Shown here piece by piece: positions 17,443 to 25,712 of a DNA stretch of 64,000 nt (position 1 is its first letter; the number at the start of each line of letters is the position of its first letter). Under the pieces are notes generated by a model. That model was not told the DNA's origin, ran no database searches, and saw only the letters and a list, made by a program, of their open reading frames with translations. The stretch spans positions 798 to 64,797 of the forward strand of contig DHMK01000040.1 of the NCBI GenBank assembly GCA_002405755.1. Direction: 5' to 3'. The position numbers and the translations under genes were made by a program. Source of the DNA: Clostridiales bacterium UBA4644 (lineage in GTDB: Bacteria; Bacillota; Clostridia; Oscillospirales; Butyricicoccaceae).

Positions 17443-19815
17443 TTACCAGCGGATGAGATCTGAGGGGATGCACAGGCGGATGCTGCTGTAGGTCGCGTCC
17501 CGGGGCTTCTGGAAGACGAAGGTGGGGCCGGCGGCCGCATCGTCCTGCAGGTAGGTGAGCACATAATTCTCATCCGGCAGGAACTGATTTTCATTTCGGT
17601 AGATGACGGCGTCCTGCCAGCCCTCCTGCAGCAGATCGGTCCACTGCAGATCCTGTCCGGTCTCCGCATCGAAGATAAAATGCCGCCAGTGGGGATAGTC
17701 CAGCGAGGGATCCAGCTCGCCGTAGCCCGCCGGGTTCTGGACCCAGACGCCGGGCGCCGAGCTGGTCAGAAGAATATATTTTCCGCCCAGATCGGTCATG
17801 CCGTAGTCAAACGAGCCCAGATCAAAGGAAGGATCGGAAATGCCAAGCCCTTCATAATAGGCATAGATGGCCTCGTTGCTGCAATAGGTCTCCATATAAT
17901 CCTGAATGGTCCGGTTGATGGTCTGCCAGCCGGGATAAGCGCCCTCCTTCAGCAGGGCATAGGAGCAGAGCCCCTGTTCCTCCACCTGCATATTCACATG
18001 GCTGGTCCGCACCTGGCGGAACTGCTTGGCGCAGGCGGTGTTCAGGGCGGAGGACATATCTCTGGGCTGCTCCGTGACCATCAGCCCCTCCGGCAGATCC
18101 CGCAGGGAAAACCGGTAGCCGCAGGCGAAATAAGGGTTGTCCTGATCGAAATAGATGGCGTCGGCGGTCAGGTGCCAGCCCTGCTCCGTCAGCCCGGCAA
18201 AGTCCGTCTTCATCCGGTAATCGCCGGCAAACTCATTCTCTTGCTGCTGCACCCGCAGGGAAAGATAGTCGTTCAGCGCCGCCGCGACGTCCACGCCCTG
18301 ATAAAACAGCTCCTCCGGCGCCAGCCGCCTGCCGGAGAGCAGATCCCAGACGGCGGTCTCCGTGCGGTAAAAGCGGGGGTAGCCGTCCATGATATTATCG
18401 GTATAGCCCATGGTGACGGCAACGGAAAGATAGCCGTTTTTCACCGTGGCGGCCACGGCGTAGTGCTTGCCGTCCAGCTGCGTGTCCCGGGAGAGATAGC
18501 CCAGGCCCTCCTCATAGCGGAGCCAGGTGCTGTCGGTGCTGCTGTTGGTCTGCCGGATCATGCGCTGCATGCTTTCATAGTCCTGGGTGACGATGGGCGC
18601 GCTTTCCTCGATAAAATCCCGGACCTGCTGCCGGAGCGCCGGATCCGTCAAAAAGCTGGGGTCGTAGTCGCTGCCGGAAAACCGGAAGCAGGAGCCCAGC
18701 CGATCCTCGTTCCAGCCGGCAAAGCGCTCCTCCTCCGATGGAATGATATATTCGTAGGAGGGGATGCTGCCCGGATATTCCATGCCCGTTCCGGCGGCGG
18801 AATATTTCGCCAGCGTCTGGCTGGGATAGTCAAAGCCGATCTCCTCCAGCGTGGCGTAGCCCGCCCGGGCGATGGCCAGCTGACCGTCGTAGGAGGTGAT
18901 CCAGCTCGCCAGCCGGCGGACCGCGCCGTCCTCCGGGGCATCGGCGCGGTAGATGGCATAGTTGAAGCTGGTCAGCGGATATTCCTCCGAGATCATCGTG
19001 GCCTTGCTGGGGGCGACGCCGTCCAGCCGGATAAACTTGATATTGTCCCCCAGCCCGTACATATCCGCGGCGTAGGCATAGACGGAATAGCCGATGGAGC
19101 CCGGAGAGCCGTCGTTGGGGGCGATCACCGACATGAGACCGCTCATGCTTGCGGGCCGCAGCTCCTCCGGCGCATCCATCAGCGGCGTGTCGCCCATGAA
19201 ATCCAGCATATAGTTCTGGCTGCCGGAATCCGTGTTTCGCTGGAAGGCCACGATGGGCTCGTCCTCGCCGCCCAGCTCCTTCCAGTTGGTGATCTTTCCG
19301 GAATAAATATCCCGGATCTGCTGCTGCGTCAGCGTATCCACGGGATTTTTTGCGTTTACCACAAAGACAAAGGCCTCCCGGACGATGGGCGTCTGCTCCA
19401 GCGTCACGCCGGCCTCCCGGGCCATGGTCTCCTGCGCTTCAGAGATGGGGGTGGAGAAGATCATATCCGCCTGCCCCTCCAGCAGCTTGGAAAAGGAACC
19501 CCAGGTGGTGGAATGGACCACATCCTTCTGGGCCTCCTCCATGGAAAGGCCAAAGATGGCGGAGCGGATGCCGGCCTCCAGCGGGATCAGTGAGGTGGAG
19601 CCGTCCAGCCGAGGGAAGTTTTCTCGCAGGAAGGCAAGCTCATCTTCGCCGGAAGCGGGGTCCTCCGAAAGGGAAGGATCCTCCGGCGCGGGATCCGCGG
19701 GATCTTCCGGATCCCCGACAGAAGGCTCGTCCGGGGCGGGCGGCTCCTCCGGCTTTGTTCCGCAGGAGGAGAGCAGAAGCATGGCCGCCAGCAGCAATGC
19801 CAGCCATTTTTTCAT
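17443..19815 (-). CDS. large lipoprotein: PstS-like periplasmic-binding domain fused to two RsiV/DUF3298-like modules (function unknown)
   Basis: 790-aa ORF. The signal peptide has the lipobox LLSSC and is followed by an acidic, Pro-rich linker. The PBP-like part contains DGSTSLIPL and RNTDSGSQ. The C-terminal half shows two ..WDLLSGRRLAPEELF.. / ..FDAETGQDLQWTDLL.. signatures. Confidence 0.7.
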   Translation of the reverse strand: MKKWLALLLAAMLLLSSCGTKPEEPPAPDEPSVGDPEDPADPAPEDPSLSEDPASGEDELAFLRENFPRLDGSTSLIPLEAGIRSAIFGLSMEEAQKDVVHSTTWGSFSKLLEGQADMIFSTPISEAQETMAREAGVTLEQTPIVREAFVFVVNAKNPVDTLTQQQIRDIYSGKITNWKELGGEDEPIVAFQRNTDSGSQNYMLDFMGDTPLMDAPEELRPASMSGLMSVIAPNDGSPGSIGYSVYAYAADMYGLGDNIKFIRLDGVAPSKATMISEEYPLTSFNYAIYRADAPEDGAVRRLASWITSYDGQLAIARAGYATLEEIGFDYPSQTLAKYSAAGTGMEYPGSIPSYEYIIPSEEERFAGWNEDRLGSCFRFSGSDYDPSFLTDPALRQQVRDFIEESAPIVTQDYESMQRMIRQTNSSTDSTWLRYEEGLGYLSRDTQLDGKHYAVAATVKNGYLSVAVTMGYTDNIMDGYPRFYRTETAVWDLLSGRRLAPEELFYQGVDVAAALNDYLSLRVQQQENEFAGDYRMKTDFAGLTEQGWHLTADAIYFDQDNPYFACGYRFSLRDLPEGLMVTEQPRDMSSALNTACAKQFRQVRTSHVNMQVEEQGLCSYALLKEGAYPGWQTINRTIQDYMETYCSNEAIYAYYEGLGISDPSFDLGSFDYGMTDLGGKYILLTSSAPGVWVQNPAGYGELDPSLDYPHWRHFIFDAETGQDLQWTDLLQEGWQDAVIYRNENQFLPDENYVLTYLQDDAAAGPTFVFQKPRDATYSSIRLCIPSDLIRW

Positions 19816-19923
19816 AAAGAGACCTTCTTTCTTTCCGCAGGCGCGGCTTGTTGAGCCTATTTTACAAAAAGAAGCAAAGGGCGCGCAATGGGCCGGGGCG
19901 GCGCTTCAGAATTTTTCAGAAAC

Positions 19924-19951
19924 GGCCAGCCCTCTCCAGGAAGGGCTGGCC
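19924..19951 (-). terminator. weak terminator-like hairpin after the GT4-CsaB gene
   Basis: GGCCAGCCCT/AGGGCTGGCC stem. On the minus strand it is followed only by GTTTCTG, so read-through into the lipoprotein gene is plausible. Confidence 0.35.
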
Positions 19952-19965
19952 AAAAAAGAATGCGA

Positions 19966-22176
19966 TCATTTCGCAGCGCCCAGCAGCTCCCGGGCGGCCC
20001 GATTGTTTTCCGCCTCCAGCGCCTGCAGCCGGAGCACATAATTCTGATAATCCTCCGGCTGGCGCATGATCCGGTCGATCTGCCGGCAGAGGAACGCGCC
20101 GGTGACCTGGGTCAGATCACAGCAGGAGGGGTTGCCCACATATTTCATAAAGCTGGAGACCTTGATGTCGTAGGAGACCGCCAGAAAGGGCGTATTGGCG
20201 GCGGCGGAAAAGACCAGCGCATGGAGCCGCATGGCGCAGACCAGCTTCATCCGCCGGAGCACCGCCATGGTCAGCTCCACATAATCCGGCGCAGGCAGAA
20301 AGTGGCTGCCGGTGTGCATCAGCTGGGCCGTTTTCCGGGAGGGAGGAACATCGGAGGGCTGCTCGATGGGCATAAAGACCGTCTCCAGTCCGTAGGTGCT
20401 CCGGGCGTAGTCCGCCGCTTCGGCGAAGGCCTGATAATCGTCAAAATCCTTCCACTGGCGGATGGAGAAGCAGATGTAACGTCCGTCGGGATCCAGCCCG
20501 TGCTGCCGCAGGTATTGGCAGGCGTCTTCGTCTGGGGCGGGCTGAAGGCTCAGCGCCGGGTCGGCAGAGGGCCGCACGGCGGGCTTTGTGATGCCCATCT
20601 CATGGAGCTCCTCCAGGGAGATGCTGTCCCGGACGGTGATCAGCTCTGCACTGTCGTCCAGGACCAGCCGGGCCAGCCGCCGGTTGGAGGGCCGGGCCAC
20701 ATGGCCGATGCCGCAGCCATACATGAGCACATGGGCGCCTGCGTGGCGGGAGGCCCAGATGGTGAAGAGATAGTAATAAAGAGAACGGTTGGAGGTGGAA
20801 TCCTGGATCAGGCTGCCGCCGCCGTTGATAAAGAGCTGCGTTTTTCGGGCGCAGCGAAGGAACTGCGGGATATTGAAGGTGTAAATGGCCCGGACGCCGT
20901 AAAGCAGGCGGGTCTCCCGGGGCTTGCGGGTCATGACGGTCAGAGGCATCAGCGGGTCGATGGAGCGCATGGAAGCGATAATGGCCCGAAGGATAGCCTC
21001 GTCGCCGGAATTGCCCCGGCCGTAAGCGCCGCAGATCAGGACGCCGCTGCGCTTGGGCAGCGACTGCAGGTGGCGGATGTTTTCATAGATCCGGCTTTGC
21101 GTGGCGGCCATGCTGTCCAGAGAATAGAGCTGCGACGCTCTTTTATAGAGCTTCTGCGCAAAGGCGCGGCGCTTTTCCGCATCCCGGGAAAGCTCCAGAA
21201 TATACCGGGCAAAGGCCTCCCGGTCGCCCGGCTGGAAGATATAGCCGCTCTCGCCCTGCTCGATCAGGCGGCGCATGCCGCCCACGTCGGAGGTGATGAC
21301 CGCACAGCCCTCGCGAACGCCCTCCAGAATGGAATAGGGGAAGGATTCGGAGATGGAGCACAGCACGTCGATATCACAGGCGGCAAAAAAGTGCTTTACA
21401 TCGGTGACCCAGCCCATAAAGCTGACGCTGCTGCCCAGCTTTAGCTGCCGGGCCAGGGCCTTGAGCTTTTCCGCGTCTTCTCCGTCGCCGCCGATGAGCA
21501 GCTTGAGCCGCGGATCTTCCTTCCGGGCCTGGGCAAAGGCGTGGAGCAGGGTTGGAATGTCCTTTACCGGCGTCAGCCGGGCCAGGATCCCCAGGACCAC
21601 GTCCCCGGGCTGGTAATCAATGCCGGCCTGCCGGAGCCAGGCCTCTTTGTCGAAGGGCTCCGCCTTGTCCTGAAAATCCAGACCGTTGTAGATGACCATA
21701 CACCGCAGCGGGTCAAAGCCCCGGGAAATGAGCATCTGCTTGAACAGCTCGGAGACGGTGACATAATAGTCGATATGCCGCAGGGCCCGGGCGTTCAGAA
21801 AGCCGATGGAGAGCCGCTTGGGCAGCGAGCTGAGATAATCCAGCTGATAGTCGCTGTGGACGGTGGAGACCACCGTGGTATGGCAGAAGAGCTTGACCAG
21901 GAGGCCTGCAATGTTGGCCTTTGCGCCGTGGCAATGGACGATCTCCGGCTTTTCCCGCCGGACCTTCCGGATCAGACGGTAATAATCATAGGGCACGAAC
22001 CAGGAAAAAAAGGTGGTGGTGCGGATGCCGGCCGCCTGGGCCGACTCCGGAAAATCACCGGAGCGCAGGCTGATCAGCTGCAGGTCGTGCTCCTTTTGCA
22101 GCCGGGAGCAGAGAGCAAGGATATGGGTCTTCGCGCCGCCGCGGTCGCCGCCGCCGGCAACATGGAATATTTTCAT
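19966..22176 (-). CDS. fusion protein: GT4 glycosyltransferase (N-terminal) plus polysaccharide pyruvyl transferase CsaB (C-terminal)
   Basis: 736-aa ORF. The N-terminal half has GT4 features (MKIFHVAGGGDRGGAKTH.., E-x7-E-like region EGVREG). The C-terminal half has VLICGAYGRGNSGDEAIL..INGGGSLIQDSTS, the CsaB signature. A GGAGG SD is present. Confidence 0.8.
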   Translation of the reverse strand: MKIFHVAGGGDRGGAKTHILALCSRLQKEHDLQLISLRSGDFPESAQAAGIRTTTFFSWFVPYDYYRLIRKVRREKPEIVHCHGAKANIAGLLVKLFCHTTVVSTVHSDYQLDYLSSLPKRLSIGFLNARALRHIDYYVTVSELFKQMLISRGFDPLRCMVIYNGLDFQDKAEPFDKEAWLRQAGIDYQPGDVVLGILARLTPVKDIPTLLHAFAQARKEDPRLKLLIGGDGEDAEKLKALARQLKLGSSVSFMGWVTDVKHFFAACDIDVLCSISESFPYSILEGVREGCAVITSDVGGMRRLIEQGESGYIFQPGDREAFARYILELSRDAEKRRAFAQKLYKRASQLYSLDSMAATQSRIYENIRHLQSLPKRSGVLICGAYGRGNSGDEAILRAIIASMRSIDPLMPLTVMTRKPRETRLLYGVRAIYTFNIPQFLRCARKTQLFINGGGSLIQDSTSNRSLYYYLFTIWASRHAGAHVLMYGCGIGHVARPSNRRLARLVLDDSAELITVRDSISLEELHEMGITKPAVRPSADPALSLQPAPDEDACQYLRQHGLDPDGRYICFSIRQWKDFDDYQAFAEAADYARSTYGLETVFMPIEQPSDVPPSRKTAQLMHTGSHFLPAPDYVELTMAVLRRMKLVCAMRLHALVFSAAANTPFLAVSYDIKVSSFMKYVGNPSCCDLTQVTGAFLCRQIDRIMRQPEDYQNYVLRLQALEAENNRAARELLGAAK

Positions 22177-22223
22177 AACAGGCCTCCAGAATGCTTCGGG
22201 GATCGCTTGATACGATCAAGCCT

Positions 22224-22252
22224 ATTATAACCGGTATCCTGCGGCAGGTCAA
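22224..22252 (-). promoter_or_regulatory. sigma-A-type promoter for the GT4-CsaB gene (TTGACC-17 nt-TATAAT)
   Basis: The -35 is the rc of 22247-22252 and the -10 is the rc of 22224-22229. A perfect 7-bp inverted repeat, GCTTGAT-ACG-ATCAAGC (22205-22221), sits at about +1. Confidence 0.55.
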
Positions 22253-22302
22253 GAAAAGGGCGGGCGCAAAGGGGCGTTGGGGTGACTTTTTGTGAAAAAC
22301 AG

Positions 22303-22331
22303 GTGCCAAGCGGCGGAAACTGTGATAAAAT
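22303..22331 (+). promoter_or_regulatory. extended -10 promoter candidate for addBA (TGATAAAAT)
   Basis: TGnTAAAAT at 22323-22331; the -35 (GTGCCA) is weak. Confidence 0.35.
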
Positions 22332-22358
22332 AGCAAAAAAGACTCTGGAGGCGAGACC

Positions 22359-25300
22359 ATGCTGACCCTATGGACCTATGCGCCCGGCGCGGACGGAAGA
22401 CAGGCGCTGCTGGAGCGGATCCGCTCCCGGGCAGAGCGCGGGCTGCGCTCGCTGCTGCTGGTGCCGGAAAGCGGCTCTCATCAGATGGAGCGGGCGCTTC
22501 TGGCCTGCTGCGGCAACCGGGCGGGAGAATATGCCCAGGTGACCACCTTCAGCAAGCTGACAGACGATGTTCTGGAGGCGGCGGGCTTCGGCGCGGTGAC
22601 CATGGACGCCGGCGGACAGGTCCTCACCATGCACCGGGCGCTGACGGCGGTGCGCTCCTCGCTGCAGTATTACCGAAAGGCGGGCAGGCCCCAGCTCACG
22701 GAAAAGCTGGTGGAGGCGGCCAGGGAGCTGCAGGCCTGCTCCGTTTCGGCGGAAGCGCTGCTGCAGGCGGAGGAAATGTCGCCCAAGCTGCACGATCTGG
22801 GGCTGATCTACGCCCAATACCTGGCGTTTTGCCAAAACGGACCGCTGGATCCCTCTGCGCGGATCGATCTGGCTGCGGCGCGGCTGGGGGAGAGCGGCCT
22901 TGTGCGGGAGACGGAGCTGTTTATTCTGGGCTTTGAGGGCTTTACGGCCCAGAAATATACCATGCTGGAGGCGCTCTTGCGCGCTTCGGAGGGCATGACG
23001 GCGGCGCTGCAGCTGGGCAAAGACCGGCTGATCTATGGGGAGCAGCGAAAGACCGTGGAGCGGCTGCGGCGCATGGCAGCCCGCTGCGGCGTGGAGACGG
23101 TACAGCAGGCGCTCCCGCCGGATCCGGCGGGGAAGGATCCCGTCATTGCGGCGCTGGGAGAAGCTCTATATGACAGCAAAGCAGCTGGCTGGAATGATTG
23201 TAAAGCTGTTCAGCTTTACGAGCCTTCCGGAATGGAGGAGGAGTGTGAGCTGGCTGCCGCCCTGCTGCGGCAGAAGGCCCTTTCCGGCGTCCGGCTGCGG
23301 GAGATGGCCGTGGTGTGCGGCGATCTGGAGCAATATGGCCCAATGCTGTCCGCTGCCTTTGAAAAGTATGAAATTCCCCTTTTTCTCAGCGAAAAGACCG
23401 ATCTGCTGCAAAAGCCTGCGCTGGCGGCGGCGCTGGGGGCACTGGAAGCGCTGGAGGACGGCCTGTCCTTTGAAAGCGTGATCTCCTGGCTGCGCTGCGG
23501 CCTGTGCGGCGTTCCGCGGGACGGGCTGGACCGGCTGGAAAATTACTGCTACCAGTGGCAGATCAAGGGCCGGCGCTGGCTGGAGCCCTTCACGGCCCCC
23601 ACCTGCGGCTATGGGCTTCCCGCCCGGGACGAGGCGGAGCGGCTGGCGGCGCTGGAGGCGCTTCGCGGCAGGATCGCAGCCTGGCTGGAGCCGTTCCGGC
23701 AGGCGCTGGCAAATGCAAAAACAGGCGGCCAGTTCGCTGCCGCGCTGCAGGCGCATTATGAACAGATCTGCCTGGAGGAGCGCCTGGAAGAACGCTGTAA
23801 AACCCTTCAGCTTGCCGGACTTGGACGGGAGGCCGCAGAGACGGCGCAGCTGTATCAGATCCTGCAGAATGCGCTGGAGCAGTTTTCTGCGGCGCTGGCG
23901 CAGGAGCCCTTGGACCGGCGGGAGCTGCTCAGACTGCTGAAGCTGGTGCTGCGGCAATATGATGTTTCCGCGATCCCGCCTTCGCTGGACAGCGTCCTGG
24001 CAGTCTCCTTTGAGCGTCTGCCGGAGGAGCGGCTGCGCCATGTGGTCGTTGTGGGCGGGCAGGAGGGCATCTTTCCGCCGGAAAAGCCCAGCCTGAGCAT
24101 TCTTGGCGAGGAAGACCGGGCCGCGCTGGAGCGCCTGGGCATCGAGCTGACCCAAAAGGCGGAGGAACGGGCCTGGCAGCAGCAGTGCTGCGCGGCAAGG
24201 GCGGTGTCCGCCCCGGCGGAAAGCCTTGCGGTGACCTGCCCCCATCGTCTGCCGGACGGCTCGCCCTGCCGGCAAAGCTATCTTTTTCGCCGGATCGCTC
24301 AGCTCTGCAGCATCACGCCAAAGCAGCAGGAGGCCCTGGAGCAGCTGCGTCTGACGGCAAAAAGACCTTTGATGGAGACGGCGTGTAAAGCGAATGAGCT
24401 TTCTGCTTCTCCCGTGGAAAAAACAGCCCTTTCCGCCATCACGGCATGGCCGGAGCAGGCGGCGTTTCTCCGGAGCCTGCGGGCCTACGACCGCGCTCCC
24501 CGGGGGCCGGTGCGCGATCCGGCGCTGGTGCGGCAGCTTTACGGCGGCCAGCTGAGTATGACTGCGTCCAGGCTGGAAAAGGTCTCCACCTGCCGGTTCT
24601 CCTATTTCATGCAGTATGGCCTGAAGGCCCAGCCCCGGCGGCAGGCCCGCTTCGGCGCGCCGGAGATCGGGACCTTTGTGCATTATGTGATGGAGCATAC
24701 CGTGCAGGAGCTTTGCCGCATGCCGGACGCCGTTCCGGAGGCCTTGGCCGCAAAACATGTGAATGATTATCTGGAGACCCAGCTTCCGCCCGGGCCGCGC
24801 TCCGCCCGGTTTCTGGCGCTTTTCGCGGAGACAGGGAAGATGGTCTGCCAGATCGCCGGAAATGTATGGGAGGAGATCCAGGCCGGGGCATTCCGTCCGG
24901 TGTGCTTTGAGCTGAACTTCAGCCGGAACCACGGGGATCTGCCGCCGCTGACGCTGCGGGAGGGAGACGTCACCCTGTCCGTCAGCGGAAAGATCGACCG
25001 GGTGGATGGCTATCTTCGCGGCAATACGCTCTACCTGAAGGTGGTGGACTACAAGACGGGAAAAAAGGAGTTTCGCCTTTCCGATGTGCTCTCCGGACTG
25101 AACCTGCAGATGTTCCTTTATCTGATGATGCTGAAGCAAAGCGGTCCTGCCGCGCTGGAACGGCTGGCCGGCGGCCGGGCGCAGCGGATCGAGCCCTGCG
25201 GCGCGCTGTATGTGCCGGCAAAGACGCCCTACCTTTTCCGGGAAGCCGACGAGACGGACGAACAGTTTCAGAGCCGGCTGGATCAGGAACTGCGGCGCAT

Positions 25301-25712
25301 CGGGCTGGTGCGGGACGATGGAGACCTGCTGGAGGCCATGGAGCACGGCGGACGGTTCCGCTTTTTGCCGGTGTCGCTGAAGAAGGACGGATCCTTTACC
25401 GAAGCGTCCTCTCAGGTTTCGGCGCTGCAGCTGAACAGCCTTCTGCATAAAACGGAGGAGACCCTCCGGCGGATCGCCCGGCAGATCAGCGCCGGCGATA
25501 TCGAGGCGGATCCCTACCGGATCAGCTGGAAGGATAGCGTCTGCAGGTTCTGCGATTTCCGGGAGGCCTGCCATTTTGACACCACCATGGAAAAGGACTG
25601 CCTGCGCTATCTGCCGAAGCTGAAGGACAAGGAGGTCCGGGAGCTGCTGGAAAAAGAGGAAGAGGAACGGCTCCGTAAAAATGGGCCGGAGGGAGAGGAG
25701 GAATGGCTGTGA
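22359..25712 (+). CDS. addB: helicase-nuclease AddAB, subunit B
   Basis: 1117-aa ORF directly upstream of and overlapping addA. It has a C-terminal PD-(D/E)XK nuclease with Fe-S cysteines (..STCRFSYF.. and CRFCDFREAC). The N-terminal Walker A position reads APGADGRQ, which is degenerate. Confidence 0.88.
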   Translation: MLTLWTYAPGADGRQALLERIRSRAERGLRSLLLVPESGSHQMERALLACCGNRAGEYAQVTTFSKLTDDVLEAAGFGAVTMDAGGQVLTMHRALTAVRSSLQYYRKAGRPQLTEKLVEAARELQACSVSAEALLQAEEMSPKLHDLGLIYAQYLAFCQNGPLDPSARIDLAAARLGESGLVRETELFILGFEGFTAQKYTMLEALLRASEGMTAALQLGKDRLIYGEQRKTVERLRRMAARCGVETVQQALPPDPAGKDPVIAALGEALYDSKAAGWNDCKAVQLYEPSGMEEECELAAALLRQKALSGVRLREMAVVCGDLEQYGPMLSAAFEKYEIPLFLSEKTDLLQKPALAAALGALEALEDGLSFESVISWLRCGLCGVPRDGLDRLENYCYQWQIKGRRWLEPFTAPTCGYGLPARDEAERLAALEALRGRIAAWLEPFRQALANAKTGGQFAAALQAHYEQICLEERLEERCKTLQLAGLGREAAETAQLYQILQNALEQFSAALAQEPLDRRELLRLLKLVLRQYDVSAIPPSLDSVLAVSFERLPEERLRHVVVVGGQEGIFPPEKPSLSILGEEDRAALERLGIELTQKAEERAWQQQCCAARAVSAPAESLAVTCPHRLPDGSPCRQSYLFRRIAQLCSITPKQQEALEQLRLTAKRPLMETACKANELSASPVEKTALSAITAWPEQAAFLRSLRAYDRAPRGPVRDPALVRQLYGGQLSMTASRLEKVSTCRFSYFMQYGLKAQPRRQARFGAPEIGTFVHYVMEHTVQELCRMPDAVPEALAAKHVNDYLETQLPPGPRSARFLALFAETGKMVCQIAGNVWEEIQAGAFRPVCFELNFSRNHGDLPPLTLREGDVTLSVSGKIDRVDGYLRGNTLYLKVVDYKTGKKEFRLSDVLSGLNLQMFLYLMMLKQSGPAALERLAGGRAQRIEPCGALYVPAKTPYLFREADETDEQFQSRLDQELRRIGLVRDDGDLLEAMEHGGRFRFLPVSLKKDGSFTEASSQVSALQLNSLLHKTEETLRRIARQISAGDIEADPYRISWKDSVCRFCDFREACHFDTTMEKDCLRYLPKLKDKEVRELLEKEEEERLRKNGPEGEEEWL

